Shown: piece by piece, positions 26,965 to 40,330 of the stretch | Position numbering within the stretch: the stretch's first letter is position 1 | How the letters are laid out: each line of letters starts with the position of its first letter | NCBI GenBank assembly: GCA_964016885.1 | Contig: OZ024742.1 | Coordinates: 219,790,001-219,854,000, forward strand | Direction: 5' to 3' | Source of the DNA: Eledone cirrhosa | Lineage: Eukaryota | DNA: 64,000 nt | Made by a program: the position numbers and the translations under genes | Notes under the pieces: model-generated | Databases searched by the model: none | What the model was told of the DNA's origin: nothing | What the model saw: only the letters and a program-made list of their open reading frames with translations

Positions 26965-28090
26965 TAAATATATATTCCCCTCAGGGAAATGGCCTTGCTC
27001 AGTATGTAGGAAAGGTGTAGGTAGGAACTCCATTCTCTGCCCCAAATGCAAACAATGGGTACACAAGAGATGTAGCGGGATCTCAGGAAGCTTAATTAAG
27101 AATGTAGGATTCACATGCAGCAGCTGTGCTGAAACAGCAAGCAAACAGCCACAGGAAACAAGTACCACCAATCTCTGGGAGGGCCCTGTAGAAACAGTAG
27201 ACAGCTTCTGCTACCTAGGTGACCGAATTAGCAACGGAGGTGGGTGCTCAGAAAGTACAATAACTAGGGTAAGAATGGGATGGAAGAAGTTTAGGGAACT
27301 ACTACCACTGCTAGCTGCAAAAGGCTTCTCCCTCAGAATGAAAGGCAGACTGTATGATGCGTGTATCCGAACAGCGATGTTGCATGGTAGTGAGACCTGG
27401 GCGCTGAAGGTGGAAGACTTACGTAGATTAGAGAGAAACGAAGCCTGCATGCTCCGATGGATGTGTAACAGTAATATACGTGAACGACAAAGCATAAAGG
27501 AATTGAGAGAGAGACTGAGCATAAGAGGAATCAAATGCTGCGTGCAGGAGAGGCGGTTACGCTGGTATGGACATGTGATGCGTATGAAGGATGACAGCTG
27601 CATAAAAAGGTGCAGAGCACTAGAAGTTGATGGAAACCGCGGAGTGGGGAGACCCAAGATGACTTGGGATGAGGTGATAAAAGCCGACCTTACCCAACTA
27701 CACCTCTCAAAGTCAATGACACACGACCGTGACTTCTGGCGTCACGCAGTAATACAGGGTACCCGACCTCCCATGGGTACATGCTGAAGCATATAAACAA
27801 TATGCCCCCCCCCCCACCGCAAGGTGGCCGTGGAGGTGCCACGGCAAAAAAGCACCCAGCCCACACTGTAAAGTGGACGTGTAGGCGCCACGAAAAAGCA
27901 CCCAGCACTCACTGTAAATGAGGTTGGTGTTAGGAAGGGCATCCAGCTGTAGAAATCAAGCCAGATCAGTTCCTGTATGAGCAAGGCATGGTCAGCCGAC
28001 CAGACACTGCCCACAACAGGACAACCCGTCTAACCCATGCTAGCGTGGAAGAACGGACGTAAAACGGTGATGATGATGATGATGATGATG
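26965..28090 (+). mobile_element. 5'-truncated RTE-clade LINE, young copy (ORF C-terminus, 3'UTR, (GAT)n tail)
   Basis: Uninterrupted frame [17 protein letters not shown]...FCYLGD...[17 protein letters not shown]...[11 protein letters not shown]...GRPKMTW to stop at 27787; tail (gat)n at about 28068-28090. Confidence 0.9.
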
Positions 28091-28180
<90 letters not shown>

Positions 28181-28576
28181 CAAGGAGACAACAGTGGTAC
28201 AAAAAGTCTTATTAGTTTCATGCTTTATATTGGAAAGGGGAAAGAAAGACCGATGTCTCACGCTTAAGTCCTTCTTCAGCAGTACAAAATAGAGACAGGA
28301 TCACAATGGAGAAACAGAAAAAGGTAAAGAAACACAAAAAAACAAAACGAAAATGAAAAGAGGAAATAAGAAAGCTGTTAGGTAGTCTTTGTAACAAGTA
28401 TGAACACAAAGTGGAGTGTGTGTGCATTAGTGTTGTTATATGTGTGAGTGTAAGTATAAGTTTAAACGTTTGATTTTAAAGGTAAATTGTGTAAAGAGTG
28501 TATATGTATATACATGTGTTAGTGGTAGTGGACATGTATGTGTGAGTGAATGTTATATATATATATATATATATAA

Positions 28577-28880
28577 TTTCATTTTACGTCCGCTTTTTCC
28601 CTGTTTGCAAGGGTGGGACGAGAACTGGTTCTGGCTTGATTTCTACAGCTGGATGCCCTTCCTAACACCAACCTCATTTACAGTGAGTGCTGGGTGCTTT
28701 TTTGCAGTGGAATGATATGGACCCCAGTCCCTATCATCTCATTTCTACAGCTGAGTAAACTGGAGCAATGTGAAATAAAGTGTCTTGCTCAAGGAAACAA
28801 CACATCACTCAGTCTGAGAATTGAACTCACAACCTTTCGATTGCAAGGCCAATGCTCTAACCACTAAGCCATGTGCTTCC
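28577..28880 (-). mobile_element. Same SINE family as 19783-20125
   Basis: Near-identical reverse-complement copy. Confidence 0.85.
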
Positions 28881-29963
28881 ATATATATATACATATATAT
28901 ATACATATATATATACATATATATAATTATATATATATCATCATCATCATCATCATTTTACTTTCACTTTTCCCTGCTTGCATATCTGTGTGTCAGTATA
29001 CAACAATAAAATAATATTATATAGGAGGAATTGTAAATGACAAATGACGACCAACTGAAAGCCTAAATTTATAGTTCAGCCTGATATTACTTGGCGACAT
29101 GTCAATAGAGTTGAGAGCTCACCACCTCGAAAGTTGTTTGCAGTAGTTAATATTAAAACTTATATGTATATTTACCAATAGTCATATCATCTATTTATAG
29201 GAGCTGTCAAGCCATATAAAACATTTCCCTGTATATTTAGAATCATTCACAGACATTAAGGTACAAATACAGTAGGGATATTGCAATAACAATATCTTCA
29301 TTTTATATTTCACTGGAAATGACAAGAAATGTGGTGAAACATATTTTTGGTTTTCTAAATCTGATGTTTAGAAGTAGCTATATGTGTGTATGTGTGTGTG
29401 TGTGTGTGTGTGTGTAGTTAGAAGTGCACTAGCAGCTATAGTGTATGATAAAGTTATATCTGTATAAATACAGAGTGTGTAACTGAAACTGCACCAACAT
29501 GTATAAATATATACACATATCTCATATGTAAGCATGTAATCATGCCAGAAAATACAAATTTCCCTGTAAATTGAAAAATTAATAAACATCTTTAATTGAA
29601 TTTTTTATGTAATCGGACCCTCATCAGTAACACATATATTTGAAAAAAAAAGGAAAAGAATGACTTCACTTGTAGTGCTAAATAATTTGATTTAATTTTA
29701 TAATATTATAAGTTGGTAGATGTAGTAAGTTCTTTGTTAACTTCGGTGGGAAGAATTTTAAAGATTTCTGGTTAACTTTCTTTGGAGAACTTTCTCACAT
29801 TCGTCGGGGGCGATTGTCAAACTGAGATCAGGTTGTGTTGTGATGCGTGACTCTATATATAAAAGAGATTTGGATGTGCCTGGGGTATGGGGTTAATGAG
29901 TGTTGATGAAGATTTAAAGGAATTAAAGCAGACACACACGCACACACGCACACACACACGCAC

Positions 29964-30021
<58 letters not shown>

Positions 30022-30544
30022 GTGTGGTTGACATCCAGATAAGGGTGTTTAAGAAATTAAGAAAGTTGTAAAAACCAGATAAGGGTGTTTAAGAAATTAA
30101 GAAAGTTGTAAAAATCCCCTCCTGCTGGTTTTAATTCAATAGATGACCTCACAACAGGGCAACTCATCTAACCCATGCTAGCTTGGAAAAATAGACGTTA
30201 AACGGTGATGATGATGATTATATATTTTTCCAAGCTAGCATGGGTTAGATGAGTTTCCCCGGTATGAGACAAGCCAAGTCAAATGACCATGTCTGGCTCA
30301 TACAGAAGTGGTTTTGACAAGGTTTCTAGCACTGTATAGGACATGGGAGGAGCAAAAGGAGAGACGTGGACGAATAGAGGGGTGTTAGAATGTGGAGGTT
30401 TATAGAAGGAGGAGGAGAAGGTAGTGCATACAAGATGTATGCTTCAACCCATGCACATGGGAAGGTGGCTCTTCTGTATTATTGCATAATTATATATATA
30501 TATATATATTTTTATTAAAATAACAGATTATTACTATATATATA

Positions 30545-31012
30545 TAACGCCAGAGGTCTCAGTGCTGTGTCATCGCCTTTGAGAGGTGCAGTTGGGCAAG
30601 ATCAGCTTTTTCCAATGTGGAGTGAGGAGACCCAAGAAGACCTGGGATGAGGTGATAAAAGCTGACCTTACCCAATTACACCTCTCAAAGGCGATGACAC
30701 AGCACTGAGACCTCTCGCGTTACACAGTAATACAGAAGACTTGACTTCCCATGAGTATAAGCTGAAGCGTATGCGCCCACGCCCTTCCCACTGTAAAGTG
30801 GTCGTGTAGGCACTATCGTAAAAAAGCACCCACTACTCACTGTAAATGAGGTTGGTGATAGGAAGGGCATCCAGCTGTAGAAATCAAGCCAGAATCAGTG
30901 CTGTGCGAGCAAGACATGGCACCTGACCTGGCATTGCCCACAACAGGACAACCTATGTAACCCATGCTAGCATGGAAGAATGGACGTAAAACGGTGATGA
31001 TGATAATGATGA
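30545..31012 (+). mobile_element. RTE 3' end with a 5' fold-back duplication
   Basis: agacccaagaagacctgggatgaggtgataaaagctg, 3'UTR and (gat)n tail; 30545-30610 is an inverted copy of 30657-30722. Confidence 0.8.
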
Positions 31013-31834
31013 TATGAACATATGAACAATAGAGAATGAATTCTTAGTTTCAGTAGAAAATAAGTGACTAAGTGGTTACAACAATAAACTACCAACTCAT
31101 AAGCAATGGCTTCAAATTTGATGCAGGTATTTTGTTCTGTGTTAGAGGGGTATGTTTAATTTTATATGTCTCACTATATTTAGTTTTTGATACCATAAGT
31201 TGGGATAGTTGTTCCAACACATTACCCATGCCTAATTTCTGGAGCAATGTTTTCTACCTTCTGTTTTCTGGGACCACAAAGTGTAATACACTTGGGCTCC
31301 CACTCACCAGAGAACGCTTCCTCACTATATCTGGGTGTGCATCACTGGGGTACTGATACTGAGTTGGTCAACTGTAAAACAAGGTCTGTTTATTTATAAA
31401 TAGAGGGTATCCCTAAAGACTGGACACAGGAAATATCACTGTTTATAACTAACTAGAATTTTATGGTCCCACTGATTAAATATGAGTTTGTCGAAAGAAG
31501 AAAGAATTGAACTGGTACTGTTCAGTGGATGTGAAGATTGGTCATACTGAAAGATAGCAGATGTTTTTAATGCATGTCATCTCAGAAGGACCCTAGACTT
31601 TAAGGACTTCCTATATATATATTCATCTGAAAGACTAACCAGCATAGTTTAAATGAAAGTCTGTATAATTTATTCTTTATGTATGTTTCTCAAAAATGTT
31701 CAGCTGGCACAAGATTATCAGGAAATGTAATCTTTGACAGCTTAACAACCATTTCAGGTCATGTGTCACAGTCTATCTAGGTGGAGAGAGTAAGGTGGAC
31801 TGGGTGATTTTGGTTGTGGCATCAGCATTGTGGG

Positions 31835-32272
31835 CTGGGTGCTTTTTTGCCGTGGCACTTCCACGACCACTTTGCAGTGAGAGGGTGTGGGGGCATATTG
31901 TCTATATGCTTCAGCTTCGGCTTGTTCCTGTGTGTGTGTGTGTGTGGGGGGGGGGTGTCTTCTGTGTTACTGCGTGACGCCAGAGGTCACGGTCATGTGT
32001 CATTGCTCTTGAGAGGTGCAATTGGGTAAGGTTGACCTTTATCACCTCATCCCAGGTCTTTTTGGGTCTCCCCACTCCGCGGTTTCCATCAACTTCTAGT
32101 GCTCTGCACCTTTTTATGCAGCTGACATCCTTCATATGCATCACATGTCCATACCAATCTAACCTCCTCTCTTGCACACAGCATTTGATTCTTCTGATGC
32201 TCAGTCTGTCTCTCAATTCGTTTATACTTTGCCATTTGCGTATATTACTATTGCACATCCATTAGAGCATGC
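31835..32272 (-). mobile_element. RTE LINE 3' fragment, same family as 26965-28090
   Basis: [38 protein letters not shown]...GRPKKTWDEVIK is nearly the same peptide. Confidence 0.9.
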
Positions 32273-32354
32273 AAGCTATATATATGTATATATGTGTGTT
32301 TGTGTGGGTGTGTAAACACACACACACACACACATATATACATACATATATGTA

Positions 32355-32885
32355 GGGACCGAATTGATCTTGATGAAAGGCAGTTTGGGTTTGCGCCAGG
32401 TAAAAGTACCACAGATGCGCTCTTCCTTGGGCGATCAAAATTAATGGAAGCTACGGAGTAGGTAGACCCAGAGAGACCTGGGACGAGGTGATAAAAGCTG
32501 ACCTTGCACACTTGCACCTCTCTAAGACAATGACACAGGATCGAGATCTTTGGCGCTATGCGGTAATACAGAAGACCTGCCTTCTCTTGCGCGCAGACTC
32601 AAACTTACACTCAGTAGGCACCTCTTAATCCAATATACACCCCACGCCTCCCTCCCACACTACCCTTACTCTGTAAAGTTATGTTGGTACCACAAAATAT
32701 CCAGCCCACACTGTAAATGTGGTTGGCGTTAGGAGGGGCATCCAGCCACAGAAAACCAGCCAGAAATAGTCCTATATGAGTGAGACACGGTTACCCAACC
32801 CAACTGGCCTCAAATGGGACAAACCCGTCAAACCCATGCTAGCGTGGAAGATAGACATTAAACGATGATGATGAAGATGATGATA
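32355..32885 (+). mobile_element. Internally deleted RTE copy
   Basis: QFGFAPGKSTTDALF (RT start) is joined almost directly to GRPRETWDEVIK, then 3'UTR and (gat)n tail. Confidence 0.7.
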
Positions 32886-32889
32886 TATC

Positions 32890-33848
32890 ATCACTGTTTA
32901 ACATATATTTTCCATGCTTGCATGAGTTAGACGAATTTGCCACATTCTGAGATTGAACAGGTCAGATGACTGTGTCCCTCATGTGTTCCATTTTTGGGCA
33001 TCCATGGCTGGATGCCCTTCCTAACACCAACTACTTCATGATATGATGTGAGCAGCAAAAAGAAAGGTGGAAGGCATCACACTTTCCAAGGTGGTATGGC
33101 TAGCCAAGGAAGGTGGGGGGATCATGGGAACTGAGAGAAGGAAGGGGTAAGTGGATGAAGTGTGGAAGTGCCCTGTCAAAGATGCATAACTCTATATCAG
33201 CATGGCTTGGGTGAGGGAGAAGGAATCAAGTTTTATTAGGCCTCATTTTTCTGAAGTTTTCATCAACTTTTTTATGCAGCTGTTATCCTTCATATCCAAA
33301 CCAAGGCATTTAAACCTGCTTATGCTGAGCTTTTCTCTCAGTTCATTGGTGGTTCAGCTCTCAGGCACAGTAACATTACTGATCCATCTGAGCAGGCTTG
33401 CCTTATTTCTTTCCAATCTTTGCAGATCCTCTGCATTCAAAGCCCACATCTCATTTCCATGTAGCATCATAATTTTCAATCTGCCTGCCATTCTGCAGAC
33501 GAAAGGCTTTTTTAGGGGTAGCAGGAGTAGTAGCTACCTGAACGTTTTCCAGCTAATTCTTACTCTAGTTACTGCACTTTCAGAACACCCTATTCCACTG
33601 CTAATTAAATCACCTAGACAGCAGAAGCTGTTGATCTCTTCTAAGGAACCATCAGAGGATTTAATAGAGTTTATTTCAAATGAACATTTGCAGTTTACTG
33701 CTCCAGTATATCATCTGCCTCATACAAAATCTACATTCTTTGTTAGCCTGCCCAATATCCTGCTACACTGCTTGTGTACAAATAACTTACATTTTGTACA
33801 CCGTACAGAATTTTTATCAGCTCCTTTTTTGCATATTGAGCATGGCCA
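32890..33848 (-). mobile_element. Decayed RTE LINE 3' part
   Basis: Reverse complement gives WPCSICKKGADKNSVRC and FCCLGDLISSG; the listed 226-aa + ORF is its antisense shadow. Confidence 0.75.
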
Positions 33849-35809
33849 TTATATATATATATATAACAATTTGATATATTAGGCTGTTGAATCATTAATC
33901 TTTCTCTACTTCACTGCAAGGGTTCCTGGCTGAGATTGCTGTCTTACAATTCATCCTATACATGTATTCCAAATTCACGACCTCACATACATACACACAC
34001 TTATTTATGATGGGATTGCTCAGTTTTTGTCTACAAAGTTTCAATGATAAAGCATTGGTTAGCCTGATGCTATAGTAGAAATACCATGCAGTAGAACTGA
34101 ACCTGGAACCATTTGGTTGTCACATATAAATCTTAACACCTCAACCAGACATGTGCCTCTCCTTTTTCAATAAATGGTTCTGTTTGAACAGCTAAATATT
34201 CTTACTACAGAGAACTCATTGATTCCATTCTTTACTTTTACTGTAATGACTTTTACCATTCTGCCAGTGCAGAAACAACTCATAGTTTCCATTTTAAAGT
34301 GATTATTATTAATGGATATGAACTGACATGGGCCATGATGACCTGTCCAACCCATGCCAGCATGGAAAGTGGATGTCAAACAATGATGATGACAATGATA
34401 ATTGTCTTGATGATGACTATCTTTATACTGATCTCAAAATTACATTATCTCTAAGAGCATCAAAGCATCATAGTTTCAAAAACATTGAATTTAAACACGA
34501 GAAACTTCTATCTTTCCCAATTTACAGTTGAGAAAACATTATGATCAGCTGTCGTAATTACTTTGTGGTTTTGCTTCTTTCACTGTTAAGATGGGCAAGT
34601 AGCCATAGTATTTCAGCTCCTATTACATTTGATTGGTCACTGAAACTGCTATTCATTATGTAATTAGTACAGCTCTACCTTATGCTAGTGCAGTTTGCAT
34701 TTGAGATTATGCCAAATGAAGCCAGAAAGATAAATATATATTTTGACAATTCCGGAAATATAGAGTGGCCATAATTTTCAATATTAGTGTGAAAGGCAAT
34801 GAATTGGCTGAATCGTTGATCAGATAGAGTGCTTTGTGATATTTATTCCGGCTTTCTGCACTCTGTGTTCAAATTCTGCTGAGGTCAACTTTGCCTTTCA
34901 TCCTTTTGAGGTCAATAAAAAAGTACCAATCAAGTACTGGTTCCTCTGTTTGGAAGAAATCTGCTGTGTTTACACCTGGAGAGGGTTGGGCTCTGCCAGG
35001 CTGTAAAAAAATTCTCAAGAATTGCTGTTTGCCACCCTTATGACTCTATCAGGAGTTATCGGACCATGCATTAATACAGTGTGAATTAAGGGTTGTGAAT
35101 TGGCAGAATTGTTATAGTCAACAATAAAATACTTTGGAGTATTTAATTACGATCCTGTATATACTGAGTTCAAATCCAACTGAGGACAACTTTGCCTTTC
35201 ATCTTTCCTGGGTCAACAAAATATAATACCAGTCGAGTACTGGGGTTGGTTTAATCAAATTTGCCCTTCCACCAAATGTGCAGATCTTGTGCCTAAATTA
35301 GAAAGTGTGGAAGGTATTGTTATAAGTTTTAACAATGAAATTCCTGTACTTCAATTTGAACCATTTCATTTACAATATTCATGATTGAGATGTTGACCTG
35401 CTAGAAGTAGTAGCCCTCTCTCCCTCAATCCATTCACTAATGTCTTAAAACACAAAGTAGCTTAATTTGTAGAGAATATATATTTGCTGTCATGGCAAGC
35501 CCCTAAAAAATATCCTTGTTTCACACAAAGCCACAATTATGTATTTGCAAAATGTTCAATATTAGCTTTTTATCTCATCTCTCCTTTCTAAGACATGGTC
35601 TATTTAAGATAATTGTTAAATTATCCAATCCATGTAAGTATGGAAAAAACAGATGTAAAAGGCTGAAAGGATTTCACGCAACAGCAGAGTTAGTATAGGA
35701 ATCCCTCCAGCATACATCTATCAACTTTAGTGTACTTTAGGTTAATTTATATCTCCAATACAACAGCAATGACTTCTTTGCCCATCTATTCATGGGTGAA
35801 TCATGAGTG

Positions 35810-36172
35810 TAGAGTCGTCAAAAACTTCTTCCTGCAGGTCCTGACAGAAGCAAGCAAGACCAGCTGAGTTCATGGACGTTTGACCAGCCATCTTACCTGG
35901 GGTCTACTCCTGGGTCTCCTGCCAGTTGGTTTTGCCTGTAAAATCTGTATAGTGGTTCTTTCTTGATAAATTTTAACCATATATATCCATACTACCATAG
36001 TTGTGATCTCTCAATTCAGAAAAGTAACAGCTCTACCTTGAGTGACTATCTGATCTCTGAGCTAAGCATTCTATTGAGTAATGTTACTCCAAAGACCCTT
36101 TGGAGGAACCCCATTTAGGCCACTTGTATTTGTGATCATATTCTTTTGATCATTACCCAAGATTCATGACCA
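35810..36172 (-). mobile_element. RTE LINE C-terminal fragment
   Basis: Reverse complement gives HESWVMIKRI*SQIQVA*MGFLQRV and AKPTGRRPRSRP. Confidence 0.7.
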
Positions 36173-37022
36173 CAGAAATGACTTACTAGATGATATTTCT
36201 AAATAATTGATTTGTTGTGATGTGTATGATATGACAGTTTAAGGGGTCAGATAATTATCAAAGAACACAGCATACAGTTTCATTTGGTTTATGTCAACCT
36301 AGTTCACAACAGATGTCAACAATACATGATAAACAGAGAATTGTATTGGTTAAAATTTAGGACACTCAGCAACATGGTGCACAGCTAATGTATTGCTCAG
36401 ACTGGAGTGTAGTACCAGTCCCTCCCTTCCCTTCTTTCATTGCTTGATTCTTTTTCTTCTTTTCATTTCCTTTTATTCTTCCTTTAATAGTGTGTTTTGT
36501 TTTTGTATAAACAGTTTGTCAATTCTATTCATGAAATAAAATTTGTTTGATTACCTATTTTTGACCCCGCCACTATAAAAAAAATAGGAGTTATAAAAGC
36601 AGCTGAGTGAGTCAAGTTCAAATGGGTACACCTAAAAAATAATTTTAAAGGAGTTAATGTCAATGGACATGCTGTGTAGAGACAGATATACCTTCATCTC
36701 TTTTCCTTCTATGTATTTCTAAGATGTAATGTTGAAAGACTCATGAGCACACAGAAATATGACACTTGTCACATATTGGCTAGAGCATCAGACAACATGC
36801 TTTGCAGTATAGAGTTACATCCTTTTACATTCTAAGTTCAAATCCCGCTGAGATTAGCTTTGCCTTTCATCCTTACGGGTTTGATAAAATAAAGTACCAA
36901 TTTAATTGACTTTCGCTTCCCCCAAAATTGGTGGCCTTGTGCCTAAATCAGAAACCATTACTATTCAACTTACAATGGTTCATTTTTGTGGACAATCCTT
37001 TTATTGCTTTCAATATTTCAAT

Positions 37023-37370
37023 GGAGGCACATGGCTTAGTGGTTAGAGCATTGGCCTTACAATCGAAAGGTTGTGAGTTCAATTCTCAGACCGGGCAATG
37101 TGTTGTTTCCTTGAGCAAGGCACTTTATTTCACATTGCTCCAGTTTACTCAGCTGTAGAAATGAGATGATAGGGACTGGGTCCATATCATTCCACTGTAA
37201 AGTGGTCGTGGAGGTGCCACAGCAAAAAAGTACCCAGCACTCACTGTAAATGAGGTTGGTGTTAGGAAGGGCATCCAGCTGTAGAAATCAAGCCAGAATC
37301 AGTTCCCACCCCACCCTTGCAAGCAGGGAAAAGTGGACGTAAAATGAAATGAATGAATGAATGAAATGAA
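37023..37370 (+). mobile_element. Same SINE family as 19783-20125
   Basis: Near-identical copy with (tgaa)n tail. Confidence 0.85.
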
Positions 37371-37439
37371 TATTAGACTGAAATATTTATTATGCTAACT
37401 TTTATTCTTATTTGGCAATGTGGTGCTGTTTACTTTCTG

Positions 37440-38091
37440 CTAGCAGAAAGTGCTCATGGACTGGATTGATGCCCTGCCTGTGGCATATTGGTGGCCTTCT
37501 CAGTCACAATGAACTCCGCATCTCCATTGCACTTTGTGTGGGAGCCGACATATGTGGGGGTCTGAGATTCCGCTATGGTAGGTCCCTCGACTCCTCAGGT
37601 TTACGTGGTTTGTCCTGCTGCCTGAATGCCGGTCGTTTTGTCAGTCACACCAAGCTAAAGCTGATCATCAAATAGGCCCTGGCTCGGGTAAATATCCCCA
37701 CAGTTCTGGAACTGACTGGTTTATCCAGAAGTGATGGGAAGAGACCAGACGGTCTTACCCTTTATCTCTAAGTGTCTCATCTGGGACGTCACAGTCAGTG
37801 ACTCTTTTGCTCCCTCATACATCATGGATGCTACGGTGAGTGTGGGGGGTCACTGCTTCTGCTGCCGAACGGAATAAAATTCTGAAATACCAGGACTTAT
37901 CAAATAATTATTTTGTCCAGCCTGTGGCATTCAAGACGTTTGGTGGTGTTGGGCCACTGACAGCTCACCTTACTGAGTTATCACGTGATGCCTGTGAAGG
38001 TGCCTGGTTATTTCAGCGTCTTAGCCTTGCCATCACCCATGGTAATGCTGCAAGCGTGTTGCCTTGCCTCAAGTGTGTAGTTAACCCCTAA
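37440..38091 (+). mobile_element. CRE-like non-LTR retrotransposon 3' fragment (restriction-like endonuclease)
   Basis: GLSCCLNAGRFVSH, RSDGKRPDGLTL, WDVTVSDSFAPS, AAERNKILKYQDL, FVQPVAFKTFGG and WLFQRLSLAITHGNAASV. Confidence 0.8.
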
Positions 38092-39589
38092 TGTGTGAGG
38101 CACGGCCGATTATCGCACTTGGTGGCGAACTGCTCCCCCGCTCTCTTTTTTCTTTCCTTTATCATTATTGTTCAATGAATTTATATTATATTTTTATACA
38201 CGGTTTAGACATTATATTTGTAATGTCCTTCTGAATGAATTGCAAGCAATTTATAAAGTTATTTACGCATTTGTAATGTTATTTATGTATATATTTAAAA
38301 CATATTTGCAATGTTGTTCTAATCCTTTATAAATCTCAAATTAGTTTGGTTGATAAAATATGTGAATGACTATTTATCATACATCTTTATCATTTATCTC
38401 AAATTACACGCAATATTGATTCATCTTCTTTACTTAAACCAATCTCACTAAAATGTTGACCCTGATGAAAGATTTACCATTCTTAATGTAAATCTGACAA
38501 CAAAGAATTCATTTCAGTCTACAACAGAGCAACATTTATCCAGAACATTTCCCTTTCTGTCTTTTTGAGAAGTAAATATATTTGTGTTTGTTCAGACTTT
38601 TAGGAAGAAAATAGCTATTTATTGAATTTGAAGATGCCATTTCAAATTTGTTTCTTTTGAATTATCAACTAATTCTTCTTAGAAATAAAAACTTTTCTTT
38701 AAACAACAACTACAAACTGCAACAGACATTGACTTTCCAACTAATGGTAAGTGAACATAGATATTCATTTTATTTAAAGATAGTATTAAATATATTTTCC
38801 CCTGACTGAATAGCAGGAGACATTATCAATGAGAAATTTCTCCTAAGGATGAAATAATTAAATCCATTCTCCAGTTTCCAACTCCTCATTCTCTATGAAA
38901 ATAATATTCTTCTCTGAAAAAGCATATACATATGTGAAGCGCACTGCAGACATAATGCTTTCTACCCATTTTTGATGACTACTTCTTAAACTTCATAGTC
39001 AGCTGACAGAAGTTTCTCTGCAGAAGTTGTCTGTTCAAACCCATGTGAGGGACAAATACCAAGTTTTGAATAAATAGTCGACACACACAATTACCTTATG
39101 AAAGCTCAACCACCAGCTCTATGTACAAATTAATTAGAGATTTTTTTTCCTTTTCTGTGACTCGATTTTCCATGGGTACAAGCCGAAGCTGAAGCATATA
39201 GAGAGTATTCCCCCACCCCTCCTCCCACTGTTAAGTGGTCATGTAGGCGTCATGACAAAAAAAAGCACCCAGTCCACACTGTAAAGTGGTCGGGTAGGCA
39301 CCACGGTAAAAAGCACCCATTACTCACTGTAAATGAGGTTAGTGTTAAGAAGGACATCCAGCTGTAGAAATCAAGCCCAAATCAGTTCTGTATGAGCAAG
39401 ACATGGTCACCTGGCCTGGCATTGCCCACAATAGGACAACCCGTCTAACCCATGCTAGCATGGAAGAATGGGCGTAAAACGGTGACTGAGTTATTGTTTT
39501 TTTTCTGTTTTGAGATATGTTAAGAGCAGTGGAAAGTTGGAGTGTGAAGAATATGATAGAGGTCTGTAGGTTAGTGATGAAAGAAGATT

Positions 39590-40330
39590 GTATCTCAGTG
39601 GGAGTACTCTCATCCCTCTCTACAAGAGGAAAGGTGATCCTCTAGACTGTGGCCAATATAGAACAATTAAGCTATTAAAACATAGAATGAAGATATTGGA
39701 AAGAGTGTTAGAGAAGAAGAAAAGGAAATAAATGAAGATTGATGAAATGTAGATTGGATTTGTGGAGGGAAAAGGAAGGACAGATGAAATGTTTATTGTG
39801 AGGCAGTTACAGAAAAAGTGCAGGGACAAGAGGAAGAATATTTGGGAAAGGGGGTGGAGGCATGATCTGGAGAAAGCTTTGATTGGATTCTATGTGAAGT
39901 AGTGATATGGGGATTGAGAGAGTCAGAAATGGAGGAATAGTTGGTTAGAGTAGTAATGGCATTGCATGAGAAGGCATGTGCAGTCATAAGGATGAAGGAC
40001 TGAAACAGTGATGAGCTTGAAGTGAAGGCTGGAGTGCACCAGGGATCTGTATTAAACCCACTACTATTTGTAGTTGTGATAGAGGTACTGGCCTGAAGTA
40101 TAAAGGAAAGTTAATCATGAGAGTTGCTGTATACAGATGATCTAGTAGAGATTATGGATAGACAGAGAGATGATGTATAGGTAGAAGGTGAATATTGGAA
40201 AGATGAAGGTGATGGCAACTGGTAAAGTATTTGGTGAAATGGAAAGAACAGGAAGGTGGCCTTGAACTGTGTGCAGGAAGAGTGTTGGCTTGAACTCCAA
40301 GAAATGTAGCATGATATAGGTGGGTAAATG
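39590..40330 (+). mobile_element. Decayed RTE reverse transcriptase fragment
   Basis: LIPLYKRKGDPLDCGQYRTIKLL, DLEKA, GVHQGSVLNPLLFVVVI and LLYTDDL, with frameshifts. Confidence 0.8.

Noticed and set aside
28245-28285. Hammerhead-like CTGAAGA...GAGAC on the - strand (similarly CTGATGAGGGTCC at about 29615-29627)
   Set aside because: GAAA box mutated and stems do not close; too degenerate to call.
33202-33882. 226-aa + strand ORF
   Set aside because: Antisense shadow of a decayed RTE.
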